The notes below the pieces were generated by a model. The model was not told where the DNA came from, ran no database searches, and saw only the letters and a program-made list of their open reading frames with translations. A stretch of 59,217 nt of DNA, the filler included, from Globobulimina sp. (lineage: Eukaryota), in the NCBI GenBank assembly GCA_003354225.1. It is 10 parts of 10 records of this genome, joined end to end, with 100 filler letters (N's around TTAATTAATTAA, not from the genome) between each part and the next. Parts side by side here need not be neighbours in the genome. Positions count along the whole stretch, not along the records: positions 23,754 to 29,584 come from PIVH01000426.1; positions 29,685 to 35,514 come from PIVH01000427.1; positions 35,615 to 41,443 come from PIVH01000428.1; 7 more parts are not named here. One strand, written 5' to 3'. The stretch's first letter is position 1. Each line of letters begins with the position of its first letter. A program made the position numbers and the translations under genes. Shown one piece after another: positions 25,760-38,119 of this stretch.

Positions 25760-28685
25760 TTATTTATTATACAGCACAGTATCTGCCTTTTCCGTACCAT
25801 GCTTATGCATTGTCGTTCCTTCCTCGATTCCATCATTGCTGCCCTCGATTATAAATTCATCAGCTCCGATATTATGATTATAACCTTCCGTCTGCGCACT
25901 TCCTTTCTTATTCCCATCATCCATTCCATCCGAATCTGTCAAAACTTCCATCTGTGTCACATGCATATTATCACCGTTTGCAGTCTCAAAATCATTAGTT
26001 TTGAAATCTTTCATTTGATCATTCAATACATGTACATTTTGCTCATCTTTCTGTGCATTGTCTTTTTTATTCTCAATTTCAATAATTTTCATCATATCTT
26101 CTATAACATTGTTTGGTAAGTTCTCATTACTTAGATCTGCATCAATTGGTTGAATATCACTCCTCAATTCGGACACTGACGTAATTTCAACGAGATCTGT
26201 CGGCCCCATATATTTCTTATCTTTTTTGCTTCTTCTCGCAAACAATAAAACTGATGTTAATTATATCAAAATTAAATATAATGTATACAACCAACATTAT
26301 TATTACATACCAATCAAACAACAGCACAAAACTCCGCCAGAAATAGCAATATACAAATAATATTGGTCTGTAATCAAGCCATTATTTATGGATCCATCTC
26401 CTTGAACAGTTGTTATTCTCTCTCGTTGCTCTCCACTGCTTCCATCAGGCATGGCTGACATAGTTGGATTTGGTGGCATGTACGTCACCGCATTTGTTGG
26501 TGAAGCAGTCGGTGAAGCAGTCGGATTAACAGAAATAAAATCATTCGAATTGGGAAACATTATGCGCAGCGACAAAAATACAACATTTGATTGTCGTTGT
26601 TGAAGACCAACAGAGCCGGCGGAATATGCGGTGTCGCTAACTTGTCCGATGAATATATGATTGATATAACATGCAATATATTGACCACTGATGTCTGCTC
26701 TTAGGATATATGTGCCTCCATTTTGGATGGTAAATGATGCAGAAATCAATAGAGTCCACGCCGACGCACCGTTATAACCTGAACAATTAATTAATGTGTT
26801 ATCATATACAGCACAAACACAATTCATTGCCGATGCGATGCCGTTCCTTATTTCTAGTATACAATAAAATGTATAGTATACAGTTTTATTTTTATATTGC
26901 AAACTACAAATAACGAACGGATTACAAATGGAACAAATTCTATATCTAAAATATAACAATACCATCAACAACAGTCGCTAATTGAACTGTTTGTGAAGCT
27001 TTATTGAGAAAGAAGTTATATGTGGTGCCTTCTAAATAAAGTGTACCGTTTTCTTGTACATCTGCGTTGGTACGAAACGTGATTCCGGCCGTATTAGTAC
27101 CATTTTTATAATAAATTACAGCTTTTTTGTTATATCCAATTGAAAAAGTAGGTACATTTAAGAAAAACGAAACAATACCTTCAATTTTATAGTCTGTCCA
27201 TTGAAGAGTGGTTTTATCCGCATCGCCTAACCATACTTGACCGCCAGAATTGGAATATTGCACACTGACATTGCATCCGTTGACAATCCAGCTTCCAGTT
27301 AATATTGTAAACCTATTTGAAAAATCACACAGATAATTATATGCTGCATTCGGTTTGTTGCCATTTGAAGAGCTGATTTTCAATCCAGACACAACAACGT
27401 CTGCTGCAGAAACCCATGCCGATGATAAATATATATTCGCGTTAATTATTTTATGTGATTCAGCCGAAACATCCGATACAATGCTGTCATTCAATGTAAT
27501 TCTAACATGATCCTGCTGAATATGATAAGTTATATGATATAAAATATGTGTTTCAACAGCTGCAGATCGCACAGAATTATCAGGCTGCGTTGCATACGAA
27601 TGCGAGAAATGAAATCGCTTTAAACCTGTATCTGCATATAACCATATCCCAGGCATATATTCAGTATCTACATTACCAATATGTAAGATATTGGTATAAG
27701 ATGCTGGAAAATTAAGAATTAATTACAATATAAAATTCAATATATACATCATCCAATATGTCAATTGTGCCTATCATCTGTGACGAAGCCGGTATGCGTT
27801 GATACTGCAATGGATCATTAAATACATAATACAGTGATGGATAATTGCAAATGCCCGGATATGAACGCATAGAGCAACTGTTGTCATTCCAACCTGCAGC
27901 CCGGATATGAACGCAATCTTCGTTCCATAAGTTGTCGGGTTGCGATTTCTCCCATGGTCCAGAACCTTTTTTTTTGTTTTATTTGTTCAAACAATGAGCA
28001 AATTAACAGCTGAAGCTGGAGCTATGCATAGTTACATACCATCATTGCCTGATATATCAGTGCCATAATCCCAGACCGAAGAGTCTATCCATTCAAACCC
28101 ACCCTCATTGTATGTGTCATGAAGGCCAAACCAACAGTTATCGCACATTGCCAATACTTGTGCATTTTGAGTGTCACTATGTATTGAAGCTAAATGGCTG
28201 TCGTACCTAAATAAGCACAGTGCTTCGTGTGCGGCATAATGCAAACTTTCACTATTTCGAATGTACTGAGAATTACAAAGAAAATAAAAAGTCGATGTTG
28301 GTGACCAATCCTCCCAGTTTCCATCCGATGCATTGATGACAGTGCCAATATGCTCTATTACGGTATAGCCAGTTTTATACAGTCCAAAATCTTGCGCTGT
28401 TCCATCATACCAAACCCAACAAGGATCAGTCATTGTTATTGATTGTCCATTTCGTGATCCTTGACAATGGCGACCTATCCAACAGAGAGATTCACCCGCT
28501 GCAGAACACAAAGATTGAACTATAGAATTATCAGCATATGAATGGATACTGGCTAATTTTGTGTTGTATGTGGATCCACAGTAAGCGTTTGCGTGTGATT
28601 GGGTCATTAATTGTGAAACTAATATATATTGACAGTTGATTAATATTGGAATTAACAATGGTAACACTATAAAACGTGTTGTCAT
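25760..28685 (-). CDS. C-type lectin membrane receptor (2 CTLDs + ConA/LamG-like domains + TM), apparently frameshifted
   Basis: Signal peptide, two LASIHS...CW(I/F)G CTLDs, the second with QPD..EDC..WND, TM YIAISGGVLCCCLI. TAA stop and frameshift near 27711-27714. Confidence 0.8.
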
Positions 28686-28740
28686 TGTGTGTAATGATAC
28701 AGTTTTCGACTTTGAATAATATTGCTCTTTACTTAGTCAC

Positions 28741-29584
28741 ATGGCGCCTTCCTGTTTGACGGTTATTTTATGGCTATTTCCCATCATTTGCTCTGGATAT
28801 TATTTCCCAACATCAACAAAACTGGAAACATGTTGCTCAGATCCTGTAAACGCATTTATAATGCGTGAATTTTCAGGACCGTGTGCATGTATGACGTTAC
28901 AACAAAAATGGAAAAGATATGTTGATTGGGTTCAAATAGAAGGCGGTTATATCCATCCATGGGTAGAACTTAGTTATGTCCATAGATATCAAGACAGCCA
29001 ACCTTCAAAAGACGAAAAACAATCCAACACCAAACATAAAACTAATATTAATCAAAAACCTTCGAATTTCAAAATGCATTCGCATGAAAGGGGAATGTTT
29101 GTAAATATCCGTCAAAAATATCAACGAAAAATAAAATCCAAAGCCGTTCTGATGCAAATTCCATTTTCTATCTCTTTCTCACAACTTTTAATCTCAAAAT
29201 ATATCCAAACCACCACACCAATAACAAAAATAAATAACCCTCCAATCAAAGATATTTTATTCCAGAAACCAGACCATTTCCTCCCATCTGTTAAGTTCCA
29301 TATATTTATTTCAAACAATGTTCACACAAAACCCAATCAATATTAATATTGCAGCAATTTCCAGATTGGGATGAATTTCAGGCACACACAACCAAGCAAT
29401 ATGGCATTGACTCTATCCGAGGTTGGTTAGCTTTGGGCTTAGCGTGGCTCAAACAAAACACTCACGAATTGTTGCCATGGTTTGCGTTGCTCCCACAGCC
29501 GTATTATTTGCCTATCACTTGGGACAAATTCCTGCGCGATGAATTTTTATTGACTGGCACTCGCGCATTGAATGTGGTGCATCA
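28741..29584 (+). CDS. SET-domain (SETD3/Rubisco-LSMT-like) protein, N-terminal part, with signal-peptide-like N-terminus
   Basis: YVDWVQIEGGYIH, ERGMFV, VLMQIPFS, LALGLAWL and PWFALLP..YLPITW match the SETD3/LSMT pattern. Confidence 0.6.
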
Positions 29585-29684
29585 NNNNNNNNNNNNNNNN
29601 NNNNNNNNNNNNNNNNNNNNNNNNNNNNTTAATTAATTAANNNNNNNNNNNNNNNNNNNNNNNNNNNNNNNNNNNNNNNNNNNN
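29585..29684. other. Artificial contig linker
   Basis: 44 N + TTAATTAATTAA + 44 N. Confidence 0.99.
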
Positions 29685-29980
29685 TGCCAGAATATCACAT
29701 TATAGCAAGCCTTCTATGAAGAAGAGTATTATGATCTTTCATTTCGCCGGCAGGCAACATAATGACGAAAAAAAAATAATCATGGTGATGATGAATGATT
29801 CTACACTTGGAACTTGTTTTGAATTTTGTTCAATAGGATTGACTAATTTCTCCAAAATTCCAGCTATACCATAACCTTGCGATATCAACTTTATATTTGG
29901 TACATGATCTAATAATATCATAGGCTATTACTACGTACCTTTTTTTTTCGTCTGCCATTGTTAGTTCACTCAGTATATCA

Positions 29981-30932
29981 AATTTTAAAAATCAGTCATT
30001 CTAGATCATTCTAGATATTCTTGAAAATGGCACTTACCATTTAAGGCCAAAGAAGCCAAAGAAGTCTCAAATTGTAATCAATTGGGACAAACGTAAATGG
30101 AATGGCAAGATTAAGGCCGCAGGGAAGCTGCTTAAGCAATATCGACTGCCAAAGGTCTCAAAGGCTGAAGCAAGAACAAAGGCGAAAGCAAAGATGAAAG
30201 CGAAGGAGAATGCAAAAGGGAAAGTAGTATATGAAGAGCCGACACATTTGAAGGCAATTTATTGGGTGGCACCTGTCAAAAAGGGACAGGATTATGTTAT
30301 TGACGTGCAATGGTTTGGTTTGCCAGGTATCAATACAACCAAATCACTTTTGATAATATATACAATATATATATAATATACAATATAGGTTTTTATGCTC
30401 GTAGCTTGAGTACGATATTGGACGGAGGTGTTGAAGAGGTGGCGATTGAATGCCAACTACGGCATTGCGAATATGGACAATTTAGCAGATGGTTTATTGC
30501 GCGGTCTGCACAGCAGCAGCAGCAGTTGTGTGTCAATGATATTGTGTATGACACCGCGGATAAGAAATATCTGGAAATTTTGAGACTGCCACGGCTGAAC
30601 AGCTTTATGTGTGGCCTGGATTTGGAAATTATTTGGTTGGATTTGCGCGTGAATTTGATGCGTATGGCAGATTAATTGGAGATAATGATGGATGGATATC
30701 GGATACGGAATATTTAGTTATAATGAGCATATACAAATTGTTATAATGGAGCTTCCGTCCGTTTTGATGCATACTGGGACTGTGTTTGTAGGGGAGAGGA
30801 CTGTGTTGAGTGGGAGGGCAGAAAAGTGACTTGTTAGCGACTGGAAACGATTTTAGTTCGAGGATTGCTTGAATTTAAAGATTTTTCAAAAATCAGTGAA
30901 ATCTAGAATGATCTAGCATGATTTTAAAAATC
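29981..30932. mobile_element. About 0.95-kb segment bounded by imperfect inverted repeats, with a degenerate basic ORF
   Basis: CTAGATCATTCTAGAT (30001-30016) and ATCTAGAATGATCTAG (30901-30916) form a perfect 16-bp inverted core within longer imperfect arms. Confidence 0.4.
30027..30675 (+). pseudogene. Lys-rich hypothetical protein, frameshift right after ATG, one intron
   Basis: ATG GCA CT then YHLRPKKPKKSQIVINWDKRKWNG... in another frame. A phase-1 intron (about 30327-30388) joins FGLP to GFYARSL. Confidence 0.4.
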
Positions 30933-31308
30933 ACAGGTTTGCTCCCGTGCAAAAAAAAAAAATACACAAATATGCAGAAAAATATTCTAAGATTGGTGGT
31001 GAAAACGATTTTACATAAGATTCAATATTCTTGACGATATTCCAATTTTATTTTTTCCAGATTAGTCAATCATATTGAACAAAATTCAATTACCACTCAG
31101 CATAAAATTGCAAAATGATGATGATCAATGCTGTGTGATGTGACGTGAATATCTTTCTTCGATAATGTTTTCCAATATAAAAAAAGTGTTGCTAATGTTT
31201 TCATTTTTGGGATTTACTTTTTATTATGCATCAAATTAACAATGATCATTTTAAAAATATGAACACAAGTTACAAAACATAGGCAGCCTAAATATATCAC
31301 TAATATTG

Positions 31309-33328
31309 TTATGTATTTGTACTTTTCTCTTCATCATTCCCTTGTTGATTCCCAACCTCATTCTCATCAAAACTATCCCGATCACCTTGTCTCTGTTTTA
31401 CATCATCCTCATTTGCTACATCCTGCACTATGCCCACCACATCATTATCATTCACATTCTGTTTAAATTCCTCATCATTAATATTCCTCACATTGTCTAC
31501 AACATTATCACCCACACTCTCATTCTCTTTATTCTCCACTTCATCCACAACTACATCCTGCTTATACTCATCCGCAGCATTCCTATCCGCATCCAATAAC
31601 GCAGTCTCATCAAAGGCAAAAAGCATATCATCAATATCATCCACGCCACTTTTCATTCTCTGCATCTCTCTCACTTCATCCTCCTCAAAATCTGCACCTA
31701 AATCACTGCTCTTATTCCCATAAATATCATCGTCCGCAATAGTCAAAATATCCTCATTTATCTTCTCCTCATCGTTCGAATTCGTATCCTTTTGTGCTTT
31801 CTGCAAATCTGGCGTTGGAATTGGTGTTTCTATGTCGTAATAGCTTCCTGTCTCCTTTTGCTTATATCGCATACTCACACTCTTTGAACCAACACTCACA
31901 AATTCCAAATCATTTCCTTTCTCGTGCTTCATCTCCGCATCACTCAAATCACAATCTTCAAATGAAAATTGCAACTAAAACAACAACAAAAACAGATTGT
32001 AAGTATACAAAAACCAGACCGTTGGTATACAAAGAACTAAAAAAAACAGATTTTATGTATACAAAAAACAGATTGCAATCGGGTTTTTTAACAAACCGTT
32101 TTATCATTTAGCAGCACCTCACTTTCACCTCTGACTTTATACAACTTTGGATCCACATAAATGCCAACATATTGCAACATATTTAAAGGAATATGGATCT
32201 GTCCCGGTTGCGACAATAACTTTACATTTGCATCAATATACTTTTTCAACGACAATATAATTTTCGGTGTATCCGATATCATTCCATTGATTATCCAGTT
32301 AGGAATCGTCCCTTTTAAATCCAAATGCGAATAATATGTAACTTTGGTGTAATTACTGTTCCTTTCGTACCATGGTCGCAAATGATATAAATCCAATGTA
32401 TAAAATGCGCGAACATATTCTTGTGACTTATTTTTGTCTTGAAATCCATTAATAACATCCTGATATGCTGCCGAATCATGCACAGATCTGCACCCTGTAA
32501 TCACCTCCGCATTGGGCAATATATACACAAATCCCACGCCAAATATATCCCGCTCAGCCATGAACATTGGAGTCTTTGTCTGTGCATAGAATAAGCCGCA
32601 ATGCTGCGATAACTGCTCGATTTCATAGATGGTATCTGAGTATTCTTCATAACTGCATTCATGTTGCGAGTTTTCGATAATACCACATATTATCGGTGTG
32701 GAATAAGGCAAAATCATCTCGCCTTTGGTGGCAGATATGGACGAATCTGAGATGTTATTCCAGTAACAATTTAAATGTGTGTCATTGTAGGAATCCAGTT
32801 TGAATTTCTCTGAGGAGGATAACTTCCATTCATTGTAGGTTCCGCCAGTGTTTTTCTTTAAGTTTTTCCATTGACGCCAGTCATTGAATATGTTTAATGC
32901 GTCTTGCACAACGTTGCTATATTTATGTTGATCTGGTAGTTTATGGATTAATTGCGCTAAATTAGTGTCGTCGTATTGGTTGTAATTGGAATCTAAATAA
33001 CGGTCTATTCCTTGCGTTATCCATTGCGATGATTTTTGCATTTTGGAGGTGAACAATGATTTATAGGCAGATGATTCGTACCATGATGAAGAATTTATAT
33101 ATGGTATGGCTGATGGAGAGAGTGCTTGTTTTTGTTCGGTTTGCTTGTCATTGTTTTGGTTTGTTTGCTGCTGCGCGGTTTCTTTTACTTCATTTTCGTC
33201 GCCTAAACCGACACTAACTCGTTTTCTTTTGGTGTTGCGTGTGATGCAAATGGTGTATTGAATTTGTGATGAAAATGGTGCAAAAGATAATATAGAGGAT
33301 ATTACTTGAGATCATTCCAAGCCCACAT
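31309..33328 (-). CDS. START-domain lipid-binding protein with acidic C-terminal tail, 3 exons
   Basis: YAQTKTPMFMAERD, RSVHD, YVRA, TKVTYYSHLDLKGTIPNWIIN. Short first exon MWAWNDL(N) with a phase-2 intron; phase-0 intron about 31975-32117. Confidence 0.85.
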
Positions 33329-33377
33329 ATTGAAAAGTTTGATCTAAGAAGTTTTTTTAAGCTTATTAAAAGTGAAC

Positions 33378-34274
33378 ATGCAAAGAACACTTGCACGGAA
33401 TAATATACATTCAATTGTCCGTAAAGATGCTCTATTATATCATTATCAGCATTGCAAGTACGGATCAATACAAATGAACCAGTTACATGATGCATACAAA
33501 GGACACACACGTAAACGTACAAAAGGTCGCGGGCCAAATAATACGGTTGGTTTAGGTGACAAAGGCGCAAAAGTAAGACAAGGAAACAGACGTACATCAC
33601 ATCGTGGATTTGAAGGTGGACAGACACCGCTTCATATAGCATCGCCACGTATTGGTTGGCACAAATTTGACCATTCCAATGCTTTGAATTGGTTGGATTT
33701 AGAAAAAATTGAGCGATGGATCGAACGTGGTGCGCTCAATAAAAATAAAGTAATTACAATGCATGATTTAGTAAAATCACGTTGTTTTCGAAACAAATTG
33801 CATTTAAAATATGGTTTAGCACTGATTAATAATACAAACGAATATGATGTGTTTCCCTATAAAATCAATATCGAAGTCACATTTGTGACTCCCTCAACAA
33901 AACAAGCGATAGAGGCCGCGGGAGGCACTGTGCGATTGAAGTATTATCAAATGAATGATTTACGGCATCATATATATCCGCATAGATTTGAATTTGTGGC
34001 AAAATATGGATATCATGAATTGGACACATTGCCAAGACCAAGATGGAGGCACTTTTTTCCAGATTATCCACAGTTGCCGATATTGGATGATTTGCAGTAT
34101 TTGGGTAAGTATCAGGTGCATCCCGAGTTATTACCGAAAAATATTTCTGATGAACAGGAATTAAAGCAACAGGAAGAAAAATTAAAACTGGCAAAGAAAC
34201 GTTATCCAAAACCGTTGTTTAGGAGACCTACGGATTTGAAAACAAAATTATTTAAATGGTCGAAACCAAATTGA
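33378..34274 (+). CDS. MRPL15: Mitochondrial ribosomal protein uL15m
   Basis: Transit peptide; KGRGP...G.G.KG...R.G...GFEGGQTPL...PRIG; INIEV...AIEAAGGTV. Confidence 0.92.
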   Translation: MQRTLARNNIHSIVRKDALLYHYQHCKYGSIQMNQLHDAYKGHTRKRTKGRGPNNTVGLGDKGAKVRQGNRRTSHRGFEGGQTPLHIASPRIGWHKFDHSNALNWLDLEKIERWIERGALNKNKVITMHDLVKSRCFRNKLHLKYGLALINNTNEYDVFPYKINIEVTFVTPSTKQAIEAAGGTVRLKYYQMNDLRHHIYPHRFEFVAKYGYHELDTLPRPRWRHFFPDYPQLPILDDLQYLGKYQVHPELLPKNISDEQELKQQEEKLKLAKKRYPKPLFRRPTDLKTKLFKWSKPN

Positions 34275-34478
34275 TTGATTTATACTTGTTTGTTTCAGTT
34301 CGTTTCTAATTATAATGCGTTTTGTAAATTAAGCTTCGGAAATTTACAGAAACTTCAAAATGCCGCCAATCGTTACAGGAATAAGCAGCTGCAACGGCGT
34401 TATGCAATTATCGCACTATCGCATTAATAAATACTCATAATTCACATAAACCGTTAGTACCGCACCTGCGCAACAAAC

Positions 34479-35514
34479 ATGATGCATTCACAGTTAATGA
34501 CAGAGGATTCAATGCAATCAGAGGATGGTTTCTTGCTTGAGCCAGAATCCTATTCAAATGGTAATAACGTTGTAAATTATTCCATAAAATGGTATAATAA
34601 ATATTTTTCAACAATTATTTGGTGTCTCGGATTTTTAATATCGTTGCTAATAATTGCATCTATTGTATGGTTGACATTGTTTCATAATAATTCAACTCAA
34701 CATCACTACCAACAATCTCATCCACCAAACATAACGCCAATGATTAAGAAATTTCCAGAACAGTCTGTGAATTCATTGAACTTAAACTCCGAATTGACAG
34801 TGGAAAAATTAATTGAATCCACACCAGATATTGTCTATTATTTCGAGGAAGGTATGCGTACATTATCACAACATAGAACAATAACATGTACTGTGTTGAG
34901 TCGATACAAAGTATTTACAAACGCAACATCGATGTTAACCCATGCGGATAACTTTTGTTTTGAAGAAAATGATGAGTTTGGATATAAAGAGCCTGTTCTT
35001 ATTGCAAATGATAAATATTTAATTGCATGTTTTGATCTTATCAACAAAGAGAACGATTATTGCTTATTTGCCAGATTTGATGATAATACTAACAATCGAA
35101 TCAATATGATTTTGGATTTCAATGCAGCAGACTCACCGCATGCATTGTTTAATAATATAAAAATGGATACTGACAATCTTAAATCGTTTGCATTTTACGG
35201 AGATCAATTATTCGGTGTTGATATTACAACTATGGCACATTTGTATCATTGGAATATTTGTCATCCAGATAATCATTTTATATTTAAGCGTATTCCCATG
35301 AATATATTATCAGATGATGTTAATTTAGAAGATGAACAATATCCGATTCGTTTGGAAGTACACAATGGATTTATTTATTTATTTCAAAGATTTGAGGAAC
35401 GGAAAGGTATCGAAGTATCAAAGCTGTCGTATTTTAAGAATAAGATTGAAGAAACTGGGCAAGGATGGTTATATGATTCAGGCCATGAATCATTATTTGA
35501 TGATTTTAATAAAA
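34479..35514 (+). CDS. Hypothetical type II membrane protein, 3' truncated
   Basis: Single TM IIWCLGFLISLLIIASIVWLTLF followed by a long open frame to the contig end. Confidence 0.7.
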
Positions 35515-35614
35515 NNNNNNNNNNNNNNNNNNNNNNNNNNNNNNNNNNNNNNNNNNNNTTAATTAATTAANNNNNNNNNNNNNNNNNNNNNNNNNNNNNN
35601 NNNNNNNNNNNNNN
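35515..35614. other. Artificial contig linker
   Basis: 44 N + TTAATTAATTAA + 44 N. Confidence 0.99.
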
Positions 35615-36243
35615 TGAGCGGGAGTTCTATTTAAACTCTGTACTATGCGAGGTAGTGCGTGGGCGATGTCGATCTTTCTACCTCTATAGGTAGCATAACG
35701 ATTGAGTTTAGCTCGAATTGTTTTAATCGCTTGCTCGGCTAAAAAGCTTTTCTGCCCTCTGGCGTGACCACGTTTATGCCGGGTGGGAAGTTGAGACTCG
35801 AAAAAAGCGAATTCGATACCTCGGTCTGTGAATGCGGGGTGTGGATAGACATTGTCGGCTTGTTCTTCTACCGTCTTATTGAAGTTTTTCAACGTCGTTG
35901 CGGCTTTCAAATTTTGTTGAACTCGAGCATAGGTTTGTCCAGAAAAATTGTCCTTGCACACCAGGAGATATGGGTTTAGTGAGTGACGGAATAGGGCAGT
36001 ATCGCAAGACCAGTTTATACCGGGGGCAGTGGTCACAAAGCGAGGGTGTAGTTGAGAATGTCCTCTGGGTTTCCGAATGCGTCGATGACGCAAATACACG
36101 TGTTGCTTATTCAAAAACTTTCTCACATCGATCTTTCTAATGCGGGGATCCACTAGTTTCGCGGTCCGATATAGGGCGTCGATTCCAGAAAAGGAACCGG
36201 CGCTTTCTAGTTTATAATACAACCCCTTCAACAGTTTTTCCAT
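35615..36243 (-). CDS. Retroviral-like (rve) integrase of Polinton/Maverick type, 3' truncated
   Basis: N-terminus LYY...AGSFSGIDALY...VRKFL..Q.VY.RHR is typical of Polinton integrases; catalytic D (WSCD), D (TDRGIEF) and E (LAEQAIKTIR). Confidence 0.9.
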
Positions 36244-36332
36244 ACTGCATAGAGGGACAATAGGAGTTATTTGTGTAATAACATTATCTATTAACCGGTT
36301 GCTTCACTGACTCACTTTAACAGTATTGTGAA

Positions 36333-36774
36333 ATGCCAAAAGCGAAAAAAACCAGTGATACTAGTACGAAAGACAGAATTAGAACAAAACACAATCCGGA
36401 GCAAGTTTTACACTTGTTAAAAGGTCTACCCGTGTTGGACTTGAGACAACAACGAGAGTTCGTCCGAAAATCGAAACGCTCGCTGTTATACACTATTCTG
36501 AGGTATTTTTGATTCTAAAGATAAAACTGTAATCGAGTACAATGTTTTTAGTTTAGTCCTCTCATTTCAATGCGATTCCGATCAAAGTGAAGCACGTTCA
36601 AAACTTGCGAGTTACAAGAAAAACATTAACCTGTTAGAATCGCGTGGTCTGACCAGAGAAAATTTGGTGAAATTCTTTGAAAGAAACACAAAGCTACTGA
36701 ATTCGATCGTTGAGTGTTTGGGAGAGCAAAAAGAAGTAGAACAATTGGAACGTTTAGCGAAAATTGAGAAATAA
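36333..36774 (+). CDS. Small basic helical protein resembling a conserved Polinton/adintovirus small protein, 2 exons (not in ORF track)
   Basis: Intron 36503-36551 (GT..AG, phase 2) gives a 130-aa protein VLHLLKGL..QQREFVRK..LLYTILSLVL..KLASYKKNINLL. Its TAA overlaps the next ATG (TAATG). Confidence 0.55.
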
Positions 36775-37091
36775 TGGTTGTAAAACAATTAAATGGTTAT
36801 TACTTGGCATGTAAATTGTTGTTCATATTATTATCACAGAATTATCCGGGCGGTTTTTCGGCCCTGTCCGTAGATTTTGGACCTCTCTGCTGGGATGTCC
36901 TAGATGCGGATGAAAAGCTGGCTTTGAAACAATTAGCTATGAGATACAAGAATTGTGCCGCTTGGAAATGGGAACGCAAACACAATAGTTACCTTCCGAG
37001 TGATATGTTCCTTAATTTACTGTTTATTTCACAGGATGAAATGGATTATTTTTATGATTTGTTGGAACCCGCTTATTATACTATGAAGTAA
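36774..37091 (+). CDS. Hypothetical protein in Polinton-like segment
   Basis: 105-aa ORF whose ATG overlaps the upstream stop codon. Confidence 0.5.
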   Translation: MVVKQLNGYYLACKLLFILLSQNYPGGFSALSVDFGPLCWDVLDADEKLALKQLAMRYKNCAAWKWERKHNSYLPSDMFLNLLFISQDEMDYFYDLLEPAYYTMK

Positions 37092-37114
37092 ATGATTAAA
37101 GATCCATTAAAACT

Positions 37115-37654
37115 TTATTCGTACACTCTATATAACTCGATCAAATCATCTACATCTACGGGAACATCTCGTATAGTAACATTTATAACATCGGTACCAT
37201 TTTTATAAAACACCAAATCGGGTAGAAAATAGAATTTAAATGTTTCACTCATTAGTTCGGAATCGGATAGGTAATCAATTATGTTAATCATATCGGCTAA
37301 TTCCTCCTTCTTCCAATGTATTGACGCTTGATCGGGGTTTGATGGGAACCTCACATAAATATCATCGTCATCGCACAGACTAGCACTCAGGGTTTTCAAT
37401 TTAACCGATTGACAGCTACGATCTTTGACAGCTTCCTTGGTCAAGCCAATTCCACCAAATGTTGCAGTGCAGAGCAATGTAACAGTTATTAGAGTCATAA
37501 ACGTCAAATCGCGCAATCGTTTACCACTTCTCTTGTTGATCATACTTTCTACAGCTACTTCACCATCACTATCGACATCGAACTGCACCCTTTTCCCCCC
37601 GGACTTCGGTTCTGGTAGTGGATTGAGTGGGAGAGACGTACCGTGACCAGGCAT
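37115..37654 (-). CDS. Hypothetical single-TM protein in Polinton-like segment
   Basis: 179-aa ORF with TM LTFMTLITVTLLCTATFGGIGL. Confidence 0.55.
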   Translation of the reverse strand: MPGHGTSLPLNPLPEPKSGGKRVQFDVDSDGEVAVESMINKRSGKRLRDLTFMTLITVTLLCTATFGGIGLTKEAVKDRSCQSVKLKTLSASLCDDDDIYVRFPSNPDQASIHWKKEELADMINIIDYLSDSELMSETFKFYFLPDLVFYKNGTDVINVTIRDVPVDVDDLIELYRVYE

Positions 37655-37700
37655 GATTGTAACAATAAAACGAGTGTGCGAGTGAGTTTGTGTAAACGCG

Positions 37701-37961
37701 ATGGATAACGAAATTCGATTGGTGCGTCAAGACGCTACATGTCACCTGAAGTACAAAGTTGATTTGGTTAGAAAGTGTCGTTATCCGAAACATTGTAGAC
37801 AAATGGGACCCAAAAAGAACAAGAAATGGGATAGAGATCTGGCACACGCTGTGGAATGTTACAGTATATGGTTCCGAGAAAAAGGTCATCTGATTTGGTA
37901 TGGTGATATAGCCGATTGTTGTTTTTACAGAGTTGAAATTAGTCAAAAATGTTGCGAATAA
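37701..37961 (+). CDS. Small Cys-containing hypothetical protein in Polinton-like segment
   Basis: 86-aa ATG ORF, divergent from 37654. Confidence 0.4.
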   Translation: MDNEIRLVRQDATCHLKYKVDLVRKCRYPKHCRQMGPKKNKKWDRDLAHAVECYSIWFREKGHLIWYGDIADCCFYRVEISQKCCE

Positions 37962-38119
37962 AAAATATTTCATTTTTCTTCTATATACAGATAACTCAAC
38001 TTCTTGACAATTTTCTTCTCGATAAACTACTGAGAATAGTGTTTTATATGAATTCAACATTATTATTGAATTGTAACACACACACACACAAAAGGAGTTT
38101 CAATTCTACGTTTAATCAC

